Of a stretch of 64,000 nucleotides of DNA, positions 14,001-27,321 are shown one piece after another. The translations under genes were made by a program, and so were the position numbers. The stretch is from Chanos chanos (lineage: Eukaryota), in contig NC_044504.1 in NCBI RefSeq assembly GCF_902362185.1, forward strand, positions 33,220,702 through 33,284,701, written 5' to 3'. The stretch's first letter is position 1; every line of letters starts with the position of its first letter. A model generated the notes under the pieces. The model had not been told where the DNA came from. It saw only the letters and a list, made by a program, of their open reading frames with translations, and searched no databases.

Positions 14001-14872
14001 ACAGAGAGAGGTGGCACATTCTCTCTCTCTCTCTCACTTTCTCTCTCTCTCTCTCTCTCTCTCACCCTCTCACACTCTCTCTCTCTCTCTCTCACTCTCG
14101 CTCTCACAGAATTCTTCTCTCAGTCATTGCTATGCATCACGTCAATACGGACTTGTCAAATCGAGGGTTTTTTTTTCCTTCTTTCTCTCTTTCTCTCTTT
14201 GTTTTGGTATTCACTCTGTTTGTACACAGACACACTGGGATGCTTTCACATCAGAACAGATGTATGAATTTCAAGCGGGAAGAAATAAAGATGTAGCTAG
14301 CATCTTAATCGAGAGCTTAGTGCGTAAGCTTAGACGGAGGTTGCCTGGAGCTAGATGCAGTGGAGAGAAACATACAAACACACGCAAAGGCGGCCTTTCA
14401 TCCGTCCTCGGTGGAAAAGCGTGCGCTCAGTGGGAGCGGGGGTTTATATTAAGAGCCGCGCTGGACTGTGACCTGGAAGTAGAGTGTTGGTGTAATTAGG
14501 CAAGTTTGTGGGCGCACCAGTGGCTTGTGGGTAAAAAAACATTAGTTACCGTGGCCTTATCTCACAAATCTCGTGTATGATTTTACCCCCTCAACAGTGC
14601 TGCATCATTCAATTAAACAAACAAACAAAAACAATCAAGACATTGTCTTTACTGCTCATATACTAAAAGACTATGAACTGAGTAACCCCACCCACCCCGT
14701 AGAATACACATGCTATGTAGGCTCAGGCTCCAATATAGAAAGGCGGAGATCGAACAGTAGGGAGCTATATTCTCCTGTGTGTTTGTACTTGAGCTTGATC
14801 AGAACGTTTCATTTATATTCATGAGTAAACAATTGAAGCTAACTTGTCATGGTACTTGTCTTTCCCCCTCAG

Positions 14873-14969
14873 ATGATGAAACACGCGTGGGACAGCTACA
14901 GACAGTATGGCTGGGGGCACAATGAGCTCAAACCCATCGCCAAGAAAGGACATTCCACCAATATCTTCG
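14873..14969 (+). CDS. man1a2: man1a2 coding exon (MMKHAWDSYRQYGWGHNELKPIAKKGHSTNIFG)
   Basis: Acceptor tttccccctcag|ATGATG and donor TTCG|gtgagt. This is the start of the GH47 catalytic domain (KEMMKHAW...). Confidence 0.9.
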
Positions 14970-15116
14970 GTGAGTTAGTCACACATTTTCCTCTCATGCA
15001 TGTCGTCCTGTAAGGATGTGCTGTTATTTACATATAAATGCGTGCTTTGCATGTGAGCATCTTCAGATATGCACGGATGGACTTTTTCATTTCAAAGCAC
15101 CTAGCCGCTGAAGGAC

Positions 15117-15147
<31 letters not shown>

Positions 15148-17563
15148 AAGGCACACAGCCCAGTTGTCCCTAATCATTTCACTGTTGTTTGTTTGGTGTT
15201 TAGGGGTGCAGCTGTTCTCAGTGATAAAGACCATTAGACAACAGGGACTGCATCTGAATATGTTTGTTGTGTATATGTGCATCTTTGAGTGTGTATGTGT
15301 GTGTGTATGTGTGTTTGTTTTCAGTGTTGGAACTGAAAGTATTCAGACTGGCAAATTGATCATAAACTGTGTGTGTGTGTTTTCATCGTGATTTCAGCAG
15401 CAGTTGAGCCGCCAGGCTCGGCTGTTTTTTTCGCTCTGCCCGTTTAGATGTGATTTCTTCTTAGCTCTTTTGTTCTGATGTACGCGGACGCATAAGAAAG
15501 AGATGCAGAACAAAAAGAAAGAATAAAGAGTGTGTGCGTGTGTGTGTGTGTGAGGGTCACAGTCTTTCCTAGCTATGTTGAGTTCCATCTTGTCTTGCAC
15601 ACTTTTCGTTCATAATTCATAAGCCTTTTCTCTGTCTGTCTTACACCACTGTAAGCGTCTGCGTCTCTCTGGATGCGCGAGAGGAGCCGTCTGTCCTGGC
15701 AGCTTATTGATCGCGCGTGTGTGTGTGTGTGTGTGTGTGCGTGTGTGTATAAGAGAATAAAAAAAGGAGAGAGAGTACACTTTGTTGGATAAATCTCAGA
15801 CGTCCTCCAGTGTCTTCCCGTGGGGCTTCCCTTCACACATGCTTCTGCTGATGTTGTACAGCGCACTTGTGGTTTTGAGCTTTTTCTTCTGTTTCTTTAG
15901 TCGAGAAATGCTGGAACCCAGAATTGTTCCCCTGGATCATTCCTCTTGTCAACATTATATTCATCGTATGTGAAGTACATTCTAAAGCTAGATTGACCAG
16001 AAACGTCCCTGAATGCTTTACAAGTGAACTCCGTGCCAGTCAAGCCTAGCATTGAACCTGTGAACTGATATCCATACTCACAGACACTGTCCATATGACA
16101 TGTTCTTTGACATTAAAAAATTTGACTGCGGTGCTTTGGGTGAGTAGAGGAGCAAAGTTTGTTTTGCTCAAGCCATACTGCTGAGTCCGTAGCACGTGGA
16201 GTGCTCCTGACCTTTAGGACGGTGTGGTTGACGCTGCATTCAAACCCTATCAGTTTAGCCGCGGTTGACTCATCAGGGAGATCGAATGACCTGGGCCACA
16301 CACGGTCAGGCCGTCTGATCAACACGTTTGCCTGCCAGAAGGGAATAGATCGTATCGACCCCCTTACGGACCGTCATCGATTTTTGTTTGAAAACATTTG
16401 ACCCATAAAAGCCCCAGGGTCCTGTTTTGTCTTTTGTTTTTTGAGACAGATAGCCGTCTAGCATGCTGCTCGATCGGTAAACGCAACCCCTGGTTCTCTA
16501 GGGTCAGGTACTATAAATCACTTCTCTATTACAACGCTTACCACGCTACGCTCAAAAACACCATGCCGAACGCGCCAGCGTTGCTAAAAACACATGTCGA
16601 CAACGTGCTAATTCATTCAGCGTAGTCAGAGTGTTGTCGCTGAGAAGAATCGCGCTTAAACATTGGCTTTTTAAATGGGTTCTAGTGAGATCTCATCTAC
16701 ATTTTGAGTGAATCTTTGATTTCCCGTTCACCCCTTCTGGACGTGTAGTTAAGAGTTGGAATAGCACTGAGGTATGTGGTCACTGTTGTATCCCAAGTCC
16801 CATAAGTTTTCGCATCAGCATTTCCAAAGGAAGACACCAACCTCCTCAGAGATTGTGCACAGACATTGTTTTCCTTCCTGTCTTGTGCTCTGCAGCGTAA
16901 ACACTGATAACGTTTGAATCAAGCTAGCTTCAGAAGGCAGCATTTACATTTGCTGCTGATCCAGGGCCAGCATTTTTGTCTTTTCAGTGCCACTCAGTAC
17001 TAACTTGAGTGCAGAGAGGTGAGTTCCAACCCTCACTGTTAACCAGCAGGGGCCAGGCTGTAGCAGTGTATCCCCTAATCTTGCTTGTCGCCAAACCGTC
17101 AGACATTGGAGTGTGTGCCATATTAATGAAGAAGCCAGCTTGGGCATTGTTTGGATTTTTTTTTTTCCTCTTCTCATCACCAGGAGCTAAATTCCAAATA
17201 ACAGAGGTCCCTCGCTAATCAATAACTACAAACCTGCAGCTACATTCAGTCTCCTGCTGTTATTAGAGTTGCCATTGGACTCAGACCTGTTACTCTAATG
17301 GAGATCACAGTTAAATTAGCTCCATTTCGAGACGGTTCCCGTTCGGCGTCTCAGTGATTTGATGTGTTATCATTTGCCGGAGCGTAATGATGGGGATGTA
17401 GGATAAGAGCGGCTCTAAAACCATCAGCAAGATGAGGCTTCATCAGGCCAGACCTGCTGGAAGGGCCTGAACCGTGAAAATGACAAGTTTCCCATTGTTG
17501 TTGCAAATGAGCCGCAATTGTCCACCATTCTGAAAGACCACTGCTTGTCCTCTGTTCTGAAAG

Positions 17564-17600
<37 letters not shown>

Positions 17601-17823
17601 AATGTGTCATTAACACAGAGAGATTTGGAAGGTTGTAGGAGTAGAGGAGAAAGGCGAAAGAAAAGTGTGGAGAAACTGAAAGTGAAGGATGGGAGCAAAA
17701 TGAAGGGAAGAGAGAGAGGGAGTACTGACTGGGCTCCGTTCTTCCCCCTAGGCTTAGTTTTTTTTGGGGTTTTTTTTTCGTTCATTTTCAATATTCATGA
17801 ACTCATTTGTGTAACTCACATCA

Positions 17824-17851
17824 CCCCCCCCCCCCCCCCCCCCCCCCCCCC
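17824..17851 (+). repeat. C28 homopolymer
   Basis: Read directly from the sequence. It belongs to a set of eight or more G/C homopolymers of 14-28 nt in this window. Confidence 0.9.
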
Positions 17852-18067
17852 AGGAGCCTCGATGAAATCTCCAATTATATACGCATTTTTTTTTGATGCT
17901 CGTGAAATTTTCTTCTCTGGGTGGTTAATACTTTCTTAATGATCCGTGTGATTTTCTCTGTTCGTTCAGTTTGACTTCAAAATACTTAGGGGAAATAGGC
18001 TCCGGTGAACAAGAGTGTGTGAATCTTTTGTGTTTCCTATTTATGGATTTTTTGCTCTTTGTCTGTA

Positions 18068-18107
<40 letters not shown>

Positions 18108-19711
18108 CATGTGCATGCACGTCTGCCTGCCTGCGTGCGCACTCCTAATCTGTGGGTGCATGTGTTTCTCCCACTGTGCGGTTAATGTTGTAATGAGTAA
18201 TGTGGGTCTGGGCTGCTTTGCTTTGTCTCCTGTGCCGTCTCCAGCTTTTTGCACAATGTCACTGCAGTCTTAAAACCTCTGCAGCACGGTTAGCTATGTC
18301 TTTAAATATTTTGTAATGGAGCCCTCAATACACCGGTACACTGCTATCCTTTAGGATTTTTCTAAGACATACAGTGGACATACGTTTCATTTTAATACAG
18401 CTCTTTTTGTTGTTGTTGTTTTTCCATTCTCTAATTTGACCTACTAAAATGTATACAACACAGGTTAGAGAGATGTCCAGACATCAGGCAGGCTGATGAA
18501 ACATGCTGTGGAAAAGAAGTCTTAAGACTTCATTGTTTTCTACAGACTCTTGGACTTAGCTGGGATAATATGCTGCACTACTCAAAGGCTTTTGGTGAAT
18601 TTGGGTTGTTGAGAATGTAGGGTGTGTGCGTGTGTGTGTGCACTTTTGTGTTTGCATTTGCGTTTTTAGGACATCTCTGTGTCCAAACGCTTGGGAGCGA
18701 TTTGAATAGGGAAAATGTTATGTGCCGTTTGGGGATTGGCCGTTCCCTTCCTGATGAATGAGAAGTTTCGGGGGTTTGGCGTGTGCTCAGAGCGAGAGAG
18801 AGAGAGAGAGAGTTTGTGTGGCAGATAACAGTGCTGCTTATGAAGAGAAAACCAGACTGCAGCACTCTGAGTCGCTGTGTCAAACCACCACCCACGGAGA
18901 ATAGCCTGCGTCCTTCTCCAGTACACAGCTCTCCAAAATGAACAGACACGCACAGTGAGATTGACTCTCCTGTGCTACAGGAAGAGATGATCTGTACGTG
19001 TGTGTGTGCGTGTAAGTGGGAGAGAGGGAGATTGAGAGTGTGTGTAAGACAAAGAGAAAGAGTGAGATGCGATTCACTGTAAGGCATTTATGTGTAAGTG
19101 GTGCACCAGTCTTTGCGTTCTGGTGTAAATCACTTCCCCTCTCTTTATAAATCACTGTTCCATAAATGTGTGAAAGTAAATAAGTGTCATACGTGTAGAT
19201 GTCAGATATGTTAGATGAACTTGTCTGTCACACCAGGCACAGCCTGTCTGACTGAAGCCAGATGGATTGAATCTGGAGATGGTGCACTATCTTGAGCGAA
19301 GCTCCGTAAGACCTGAACTGCACTCAGGAGAAGAAAGAATCCACCGCTGTGATTAGAGACAACTGTTTGTTTCTTCTTTTCTTTTAAGTGCTCTGAAGCC
19401 GTACTCTGGGGCGACATGTTGGCAATTAAGAGGGCCAACTAGAAGAGAGAGCAAAGAAGAAAGAGAACAGAAGTCTGATAGAGAATTTCACACTGTATCA
19501 CGTCTGCCTAGCTCTCTCCGCATCCTGCTCCCAGAGGTCTCCTCTGATTAAACTGTAAACAGGAGCGGGATCTTGCCAAAGCGGGCCACGGGAAATCGGC
19601 TCCGATTTGGACCCGTTCGTTCTTTTGGGAACGCGGATGAGTCGTGCAGGAGAAAAAGACAGTTCTGGAGAGTTCTGGAGAACGAAGAAGAAAGAAACAA
19701 GTGAGAGATTA

Positions 19712-19752
<41 letters not shown>

Positions 19753-20229
19753 GGTGTGAAGAGCTACTAAAAAAGAGGGATGGAAATGGTAAGAAAGTTT
19801 GAAAGGGAAGCGGTGAAGCAGAAGTATTAGCTGTCATAGAGGTACCAGCTGCTATTCATTTGCGCAGTGACCAGAGAGGAACAGTCCCAGTGGGCGTTGC
19901 TTTGGTAAAACAAACAGGACACGGTGTCTTTGTGAACACGCGCGGCGCTGCTGATTGGGCCGTCGCCCTCTCTCTCTCCCTCTCTCTCGGCTGGTTCGTG
20001 AGGATGGGTCCCCTGTCTCTGACGAGATCCACTCCGAGCAATTCATCAAAATGATCTGGCCCGGTTAATATTCATGATCCACTTAAACGGACCGGCAGCA
20101 AGCGCGCTGGAACGCCAAACATGAGGGAAATCATCCCCTGACGGAGGGGAGATGAGAGAGGGACACGGGTAGAGAGGTTCAGAGGAGAGAGGAAGGACAG
20201 AGAGAATAAGAGGAGAGTTGAGAAGAATT

Positions 20230-20263
<34 letters not shown>

Positions 20264-20299
20264 GGGAAGATGATTGACAAGCAGAAAGGGGAATTAATA

Positions 20300-20420
20300 T
20301 TGTGTATGTGGGGCGCTGAGGTGACGCAGCTGTAAATTGCTCTGAGTCCTAAAGCTGAGGTCACAAGTTTGAGTCTCAGCCTTACTACTGGCTCGGTTGG
20401 ACGTTGTAGAGAATACAAAT
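20300..20420 (+). mobile_element. Possible tRNA-derived SINE fragment
   Basis: The 5' end ggggcgctgaggtgacgcagctg and the later caagtttgagtctcagcc resemble polymerase III A-box and B-box motifs. The match is weak and no family was identified. Confidence 0.15.
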
Positions 20421-22678
20421 GGCCATTTGCAGGGGGTGGGGGGGTCAGACAGACCAGGATTAGCTCCCCCACATCATACTTCAGCAACTCCAAGCACATA
20501 GCAGTGATGCCGACAGACCCGGGGAAATGCCGTATCCCTGCACATGTGATGCATTCCCATGGAGACGTTTCTAAAAACGGGTGGAAAAGCAGTGATTCAC
20601 CGTGCGTGTATCGGAGAACATACATGCACGCCCTCAACCTACCAGATTGACGTGGGGGGGGGGGGGGGGGGGGTCCTCCAGTGGTGGGAACTCGGCACAG
20701 GGGAACCGGCCAGGCCAAACGGGAGGAAAAGGCAGTCGACAAAGAGCCATTAAAATAAAAGCACTGTGTTTGGGATGGTGTGTAGGTGGTAATGCACGTT
20801 GAAACACAGAGGGATGAAGCTATAGACACTTTATGAATTCAGCAGAGCAAAGAGAGAGAGTAGTGACAGAGAGCAGACAAGGTGTGCTGAGAGAATGGAG
20901 TGTGTTTAAGATGAGTGCCGTTTTTTTTCCCCTCTCTCTTTGTGTAGAAAAGGAGTCAGTCTCTTTCAGCTACAGTTATCACTTGATCCTAGGATGGGAT
21001 CCATGATAATGGTTGTTAGGTCAGGTGTGAAAAGTAAGCCTCACACGCTACCCACACTCCACCAGGGTAGTCTGTTTTCCGTGTGTCTGTGCCTGACTTT
21101 GGCTCACGTACCATACAATCACACACTCTCTCTCTCTCTCACTCTCACTCACTCTACCTCTCTCACGCTAGCTCTCTCTCTCTTCCTCTCTTCCTCTCCC
21201 CCTCTCTCTTTCTCTCTCTCTCTCTCTTTCTTGCTCTCTCGCGCAGTCTCTAGCCAAGCACACATACACTCACAATTCAGACTGCACACTCCAATGAATT
21301 CACAATTTTCTCCCGAACACATAAGTAATAGGTTTGGCAGTAAAAAATGAGGAGAGATCCAGGAAACTGTAGCTGAAATCGTATTGAAGTCATGCTGTGT
21401 AAGTGGCCTGGAGCCAGTCCCTGTGAGGAGGACGTTTGGGGATGGTAACTGCAACTGTGCCGTTATATCAGTGGGGTGGGGGGGGGGGGGGGGGGTTGTC
21501 CCTTGATTTTAATCAATTATGGCATTTCAGATATTCATCTTAGTAGGATATACGCTCTTTGTGTAGTTTTAAATACCTTCTCCAAATGCATTTAAAATTT
21601 CTCATTGAATTTTGATTAGTAAGTGACCTTAAAGTATTATCACCTAATATCCCAAGGATCCATGGCAGTGGAGCTTGAAATGAATGTTGGATTTTCATTC
21701 TAAAGGCATCAGAAAAGTGGACTGGTTGAGAGAGGAGTTGAGTTTTCTGTCTGTGAGAAGTCCGGGACCCTTATAAACGTCCACGAGGCAATCAGACCAA
21801 ACTCGGCGAATCCGTGCATGTGTTTAAAATAACCCTCATTTAGTTGTATGGGGTAATTTATTCACATCTGTGCATTCTCAGGAGACGCTGACCTCACAAG
21901 ATCAGTGTTAAAAAGGAAAAAATTTCTGAAGTGACACCTTCTCCTTCCTCATTTGATTATTAAGCTTCACCGTTTTGCCCTTGACTAAAGAACTTTTTTT
22001 TTTTTTTTTCTCCTTTTTTCTTTTTTCTTTTTTCTTTTTTTTTTGCTGAAGGAGATAGTGAGAGATTTGTTAGCATAGAGAGGGCCCGGCATGTTTTGTG
22101 GAACTCACATTGGACTTTTTTTTTTTTTTTTTTCCTCCTCATACAAAACCAAGGTAACATTTTCTGGAACATTTCGATCTTAAAATTTAGTGATTCAGAA
22201 ACCTCAAAATCAGATATTCTGCAAAGACAAGTAACTGTGTTGTCAAATTTTACAGCCAATTCAGTGATGTTTGGCCCCATTTGGGTTTGAAAAAAAGGAA
22301 AATCCTCTGGCACTTTCTCCTGCTCTCTCTCTCTCGCTCTCTCTCTCTCTCTTACAGACACACATACAACCCTGAGTTATACTCAGATAAAAGCACTTGT
22401 GTTGGTTGGTGTATAAGCCCAGCAGATGAGAGTGGCTTTGTCCAGGACAGTTTAATGTGTGCTGATCAGTTTGGCCAAAAAGAGGTGGGCACAATTAGTA
22501 GCTAAGAGTGCTTGGCTGCCTCCCCACCCTCCCCCTTATTAATCTGCCCAAATGGTGTTTCAGAGAGAGGGTAGGAGACACTGCAACATTGGCAGGTGCA
22601 TGGAGAGCTTTGGACAGGAGCACACATGTCCTGTTTTTCATGTTTTTCTTGTTCTTACAACACAAACACATATGTTCC

Positions 22679-22680
<2 letters not shown>

Positions 22681-22714
<34 letters not shown>

Positions 22715-22737
22715 CTCTTTCTTTTTCTCACTGTCTC

Positions 22738-22783
<46 letters not shown>

Positions 22784-22814
22784 ACACACACACACACACC
22801 CACGCACACACACG
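22681..22814 (+). repeat. (CT)n then (CA)n compound microsatellite
   Basis: Read directly from the sequence. Confidence 0.9.
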
Positions 22815-24390
22815 CTTCATCCACTCCATTAGATTTTTCTCAACCTGCCAGTGCATGAGGTGGTGGAGAACATGAAGTCAGATTAATGAATTCATCACTT
22901 TGGCTGTTGTGAGAGCAGTTACATAATAACAGGCCTAAACGGGCCTGAAACGGTCACCTGTGAAACGTGTCCATATGACAGATGAGAGGGCGGAGCATGA
23001 GGTGGTGGGGGAGGGGCTTGTTGCATTCAATTAGTTTAATGCGGGCATTGTTTTGCATTCGTCATGTTACCCTTTGTAAATTCTAATCACGGGTAATTTG
23101 ATACAGTGCTTGTGTAAGAAAGCTTGTGTGTGTTTGCACACGTGTGTGTGTGTGTGTGTGAAAGAGAGAGAGGGAAAGAGCGGGTGAAAGTTAGGGAGGG
23201 AAGGATGAAGAATGACCAGAGACCAAGGATGGAAGGAGACGAGATTAACAAGGGACAGGGGGGAAAGGTGAAATGAATTTGTGTGGGCGTGTGTTCTATT
23301 GCCAGAAATGCCAGAAAATGATTTTTGGGCTTAGTGGATTGTAGCCGTCAGTTAGAGGGCTTAGATAATGAATTAGAGATGAAGAGATGTTTAGGGAGAG
23401 AAAGTAGAGTTTACATCAGAGAGAGTCAGAGGGAGGCGCGAAAACTGTGGTTGAGAGTTGATGCCACCAGAAATTTAAACAAAGGAAATCGATTTCCGGA
23501 GCCTTGAGGTGTGAGAGGAGAGAGATTTTTTTTTCTTTCTTTTTTTTTTTTGGAGAAAACGGAGAGAATGAAAGAACATGTTATAGCATTGAAACATGTC
23601 AGAGCTTTTTTTTTTTTTTCTAATGCAGAACTACTAAACAAAAGTATAGAATAAAGCAGAAGATCCTGCCGTATTCGTATGAATGGAGGGGCGGCTGGAT
23701 AGTGACGCGGAGTGAGCTGTGACACGCGGTGTTTTGGGGGCTGATGCTGGGTTGAGGGTACAGGCGGCCCAGATTAGGCTGAGCACTGCTGTGTATATCA
23801 AGCCTGATTTACAGCCTCCGTCCAGAATGATGAAAAGACTGCAGCTCCTGCAGAAGGAAAACACTGCCACACAACTGTTCCCATTAGCACACACGCGCAG
23901 ACATGCGCACGCGTGCACACACACGCACACACTGCTTCGCAGAGCAAGGCAGGCACTTTGAAAAATGTGCTGTAAAAACACACTCATATGTATTAATCTA
24001 GACATGGACGTCCTTTGTTGTAGTTTTAGACCTAGGACACTGTCGCTTCAGTAATGAAATGGCTTCAGCACTGATACGACACACATTATATCAATATTAT
24101 TATTATGAGATATTGCCCGAGCACAGCGGGCTGCTCACATACAGAGCTCCACTGGGGCCAGTACGGCACATGATGGCGGGGGGGGGGGGGGGGGGTTGGG
24201 TAGACACAGAGCAGTGAGAGCAGTTCTGGAGTTGAAGTGCAGCATGCTGGAGCATAACCACGCTACATTCTCTCAGGATATTTCTTCAGTCTGACTCTGA
24301 ATCCAGTTTGATTTTCCATCTGCCTGTGCAGAAAATGAGCCCTGTCTGCTTGCTTTCCCAGTTTCCTATGCTGTTACTACATGCGGACAT

Positions 24391-24431
<41 letters not shown>

Positions 24432-25004
24432 ACTATACAGGGTGTGATGACCCTCTTTTTGAGACCTTGTTGCGCTCTGAGCGAGATGGACAGAGTGGCT
24501 GAGATGAGGGGGGAGAGAGAGGGAGATGAGGAGGGGGCGAGTGAGTGATAGAGCTGTCAGAGTTGTAATGAATGTCTATGCCCCGGTAATGGTCTCTTTC
24601 CCTTACCGAAGGTGAGTGAGTGGTAATCAGGGAGTTTGTGTGTGGCCAGCGAGTCACTCACTGTTGCCATAGTTACAAATTGCCTTTACACAGAAGGTGT
24701 ATCTCATGGAGTAGTGGATGCTGGGACTCTGTGAAGTAATCGGACACTACGCCGCCCACCCGCCCGCTGTAGGGTTACAGCACCTCCCACAGGCTGGGGA
24801 CAGTACTACATGAAGTATCTCAATATTAAACTGGAAAACCAGTGAATGACTGTGTGTGTGTGTATGTGTGAGCGTATCCTTGCATCTTGTGTATACGTGC
24901 ACCAGTTTACTGTCTGACTGAAGAGAAAAGAAAAGATTGAATTGCCGAGCTAAAGGAGGTTTCGGATGGCAATGCGAGTAACACTGTCTCTCCTCTGCGT
25001 GCAG

Positions 25005-25123
25005 GTAATTCCCAGATGGGGGCCACTATAGTTGATGCCCTGGACACACTCTACATCATGGGCCTTCATGATGAGTTTAAGGATGGTCAGGAGTGGATCG
25101 AACAGAACCTGGACTTCAGTGTG
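25005..25123 (+). CDS. man1a2: man1a2 coding exon (NSQMGATIVDALDTLYIMGLHDEFKDGQEWIEQNLDFSV)
   Basis: Acceptor tcctctgcgtgcag|GT and donor GTG|gtgagt. The phase matches the previous exon, whose final G plus GT gives Gly. Confidence 0.9.
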
Positions 25124-25825
25124 GTGAGTGGTTATGCTCTTCTATGGAAACACGAACACACACAGAGAAAGCCAGAATTAGACCAGGCCTTTTTTTCTGT
25201 CATTTTTAGGTCGGGAAATGATGTGCAAGTTTTGTCAGTGTAGTAGTTCACCGAGCTTTGGGTTCCTCTTTGGACTTTGGTGACCTGAACTTGTGGGAGG
25301 TGATTCCTGGAGACAGAACAGTGAATATATTATGGATATTTAGCATTCTGGGTTTAGCCTAGTTTAGAGGTCAGTGCTTTATTTGTCTTGTGAATGGTGG
25401 ACATCCGTGGTTTAGCTGTAAGAGAATGTTTAATGTACCATTTTTTGTTTAGTGGTTTCACACAGAGAGATGTAGTTTTTCCTTGGACCGATCTTTAATA
25501 CTTAATCAGCAGGGAAATGAGGTGACAGACACTCACAGCAGGGCCTGAACTAACAAATATAAAAAAAAATGTTTTGTGTTTTTGTAATCTGTACTGTGAA
25601 TAAGCTTCTCTTGTATGGACTCAGAATGTGGTTAGAGTGAATATGACACATCCTGGTAACCAGGAGACAGAACAGGCACCATGGAAACAATGTGGGCTGG
25701 AAGAGCATTACCTACTGTGCCAGGGAAAAAAAAAAAAAAAGTCCAAATGAGCAGGCAGTGTGATGATGGGGAGAAGATGGTAAATAAATCAGAAATTCTA
25801 GAATGAAGCAATGCCAGGGTAAAGC

Positions 25826-26065
25826 TCTCCCTCCCTCTCTCTCTCTGTGTCTCTCTCTTTCTCTCCCTCCCCCCCCCCCCCCTCTCTCTCTCTCTGTCTC
25901 TCTGTTTCTCTCCCTCTCTCTCTCTTTCTCTCTCTTTCTCTCCCTCTTCCCCTCTTTCTCTCTCTGTCTCTCTCTTTCTCTTCCTCTCCCTCCCTCTCTT
26001 TCTCTGTGTCTCTCTCTCGCTCTCTCTCCCTCTCCCTCTCCCTCTCCCTCTCTTTCTCTGTGTGT

Positions 26066-26100
<35 letters not shown>

Positions 26101-26200
26101 TCCCTCTCTCTCTGTCTCTCTGTCTCTCTTTTTCTCTCTCTCTTTCTCTCTCTCTCCCTCCCTCTCTCTCTCTCTCTCTCCCCCCCTTCCCTCTTTCTGC
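25826..26200 (+). repeat. ~370-bp CT-rich low-complexity block of mixed (CT)n, (CTCTCC)n and C-runs
   Basis: Read directly from the sequence. It accounts for the 186-202 aa SLSL/RERE ORFs on both strands. Confidence 0.9.
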
Positions 26201-27288
26201 CGTTTAATGGGATTACTCTGTGTCTTGTTGGTTTATCCACGTCTGTGTTTCAGTGTGTGTTTTCAAATCTTCTGCTACATACTGCAGAAAATGTCTGTCT
26301 TTTTTTTTTTCTTTTTTAACAAGCTTACTGTTTTTATACATGCCTTTCACACTCCTTTTGGATTGTACATCTTTTTTTTATATCTTCTTTTGGAGAGTTT
26401 TTTTTAATGAGAAGTACACATCGGTGTAGCTTTCTTTCTTTCTTCCACCCACATTTCTTAACTTCTCTCTCATATTGTTCCTTCTGCATCCCTCTCTTTT
26501 CCCTGACTGCGGTTTCTCTTTTCCGTACTGGCTTCCCAGGTCAGGGGTTAGTAGGCTCCTGTAGAGGTAATCACAGTTCTGGCAGTGGAAGCCTGTGTTT
26601 TACTGAAACACGAGCGCAGAGAGCTTATTAACCTTTGGATGGTTTAGGTCAGCGGCAAACGGAACAAGATTGAGAGAATGAGGCAGGAAACAGGTAGAAT
26701 AGTGGCAAACTGTGAAAGGAACAGTAAGAGCACTGGAAAAAATCAACAGAAATCAGTAAGGAGGGAGAGAGAGTGGTAGAGATAGATCTGGACAGAGAGT
26801 AATCAAAGGATTGCATCCAAACGTTTTTTTTTTTGTTGTTGTTGTTTTTTTTCCTCCCCACCCATGACTGTTCAGCTGAACAGCCTGGTCTGTCCAGCTG
26901 GCGCCAGGCTGCAGAGGTCTGCTCAAATTATTGTCCTCTGTTTCTCTGTGTGGAGATAGAGAGACACAGAGAGAGAGAGAGAGAGGGGTTGACCTCAGGT
27001 TTCCCCCTCATTCGTATTGGAAGAGCTTTGTATTCAGTAAGTGGTAAAGCCAGTGCTCTGCTCTTAACGATCTCTTTTCTGTAATCTTCTCTCTTTTGTG
27101 TCTGATCTTCTCTCTTTTGTGTTTGATAAAACCGGTTATGGAAATACATTACACATCACACACAGCATAGACATCACACAGTGTGCTATGTTAAGAGTGG
27201 TGGTTACTTAACTGTTTCTTCTGCAGGTCCCCAACATAAATGCAGGAGGTATAGCCTATGTGTGTGCTTTTTTTCTTTCTTTCTTTTC

Positions 27289-27321
<33 letters not shown>

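Noticed and set aside
13900-14499. 199-aa ORF on the + strand, with similar long ORFs at 20179-20829 (-), 25632-26240 (-), 25847-26407 (+) and 17351-17791 (-)
   Set aside because: The translations are SLSLSL, RERERE or PPPP low-complexity strings produced by reading (CT)n/(GA)n microsatellites and homopolymers. They have no start context, splice structure or recognisable domain.
16100-16650. Cluster of 60-80-aa ORFs on both strands in a CpG-containing segment, considered as a nested gene or transposase remnant
   Set aside because: There is no recognisable protein motif, no splice signals and no inverted termini that I could confirm. It is likely anonymous intronic sequence or an unidentified repeat, which cannot be resolved without a repeat library.
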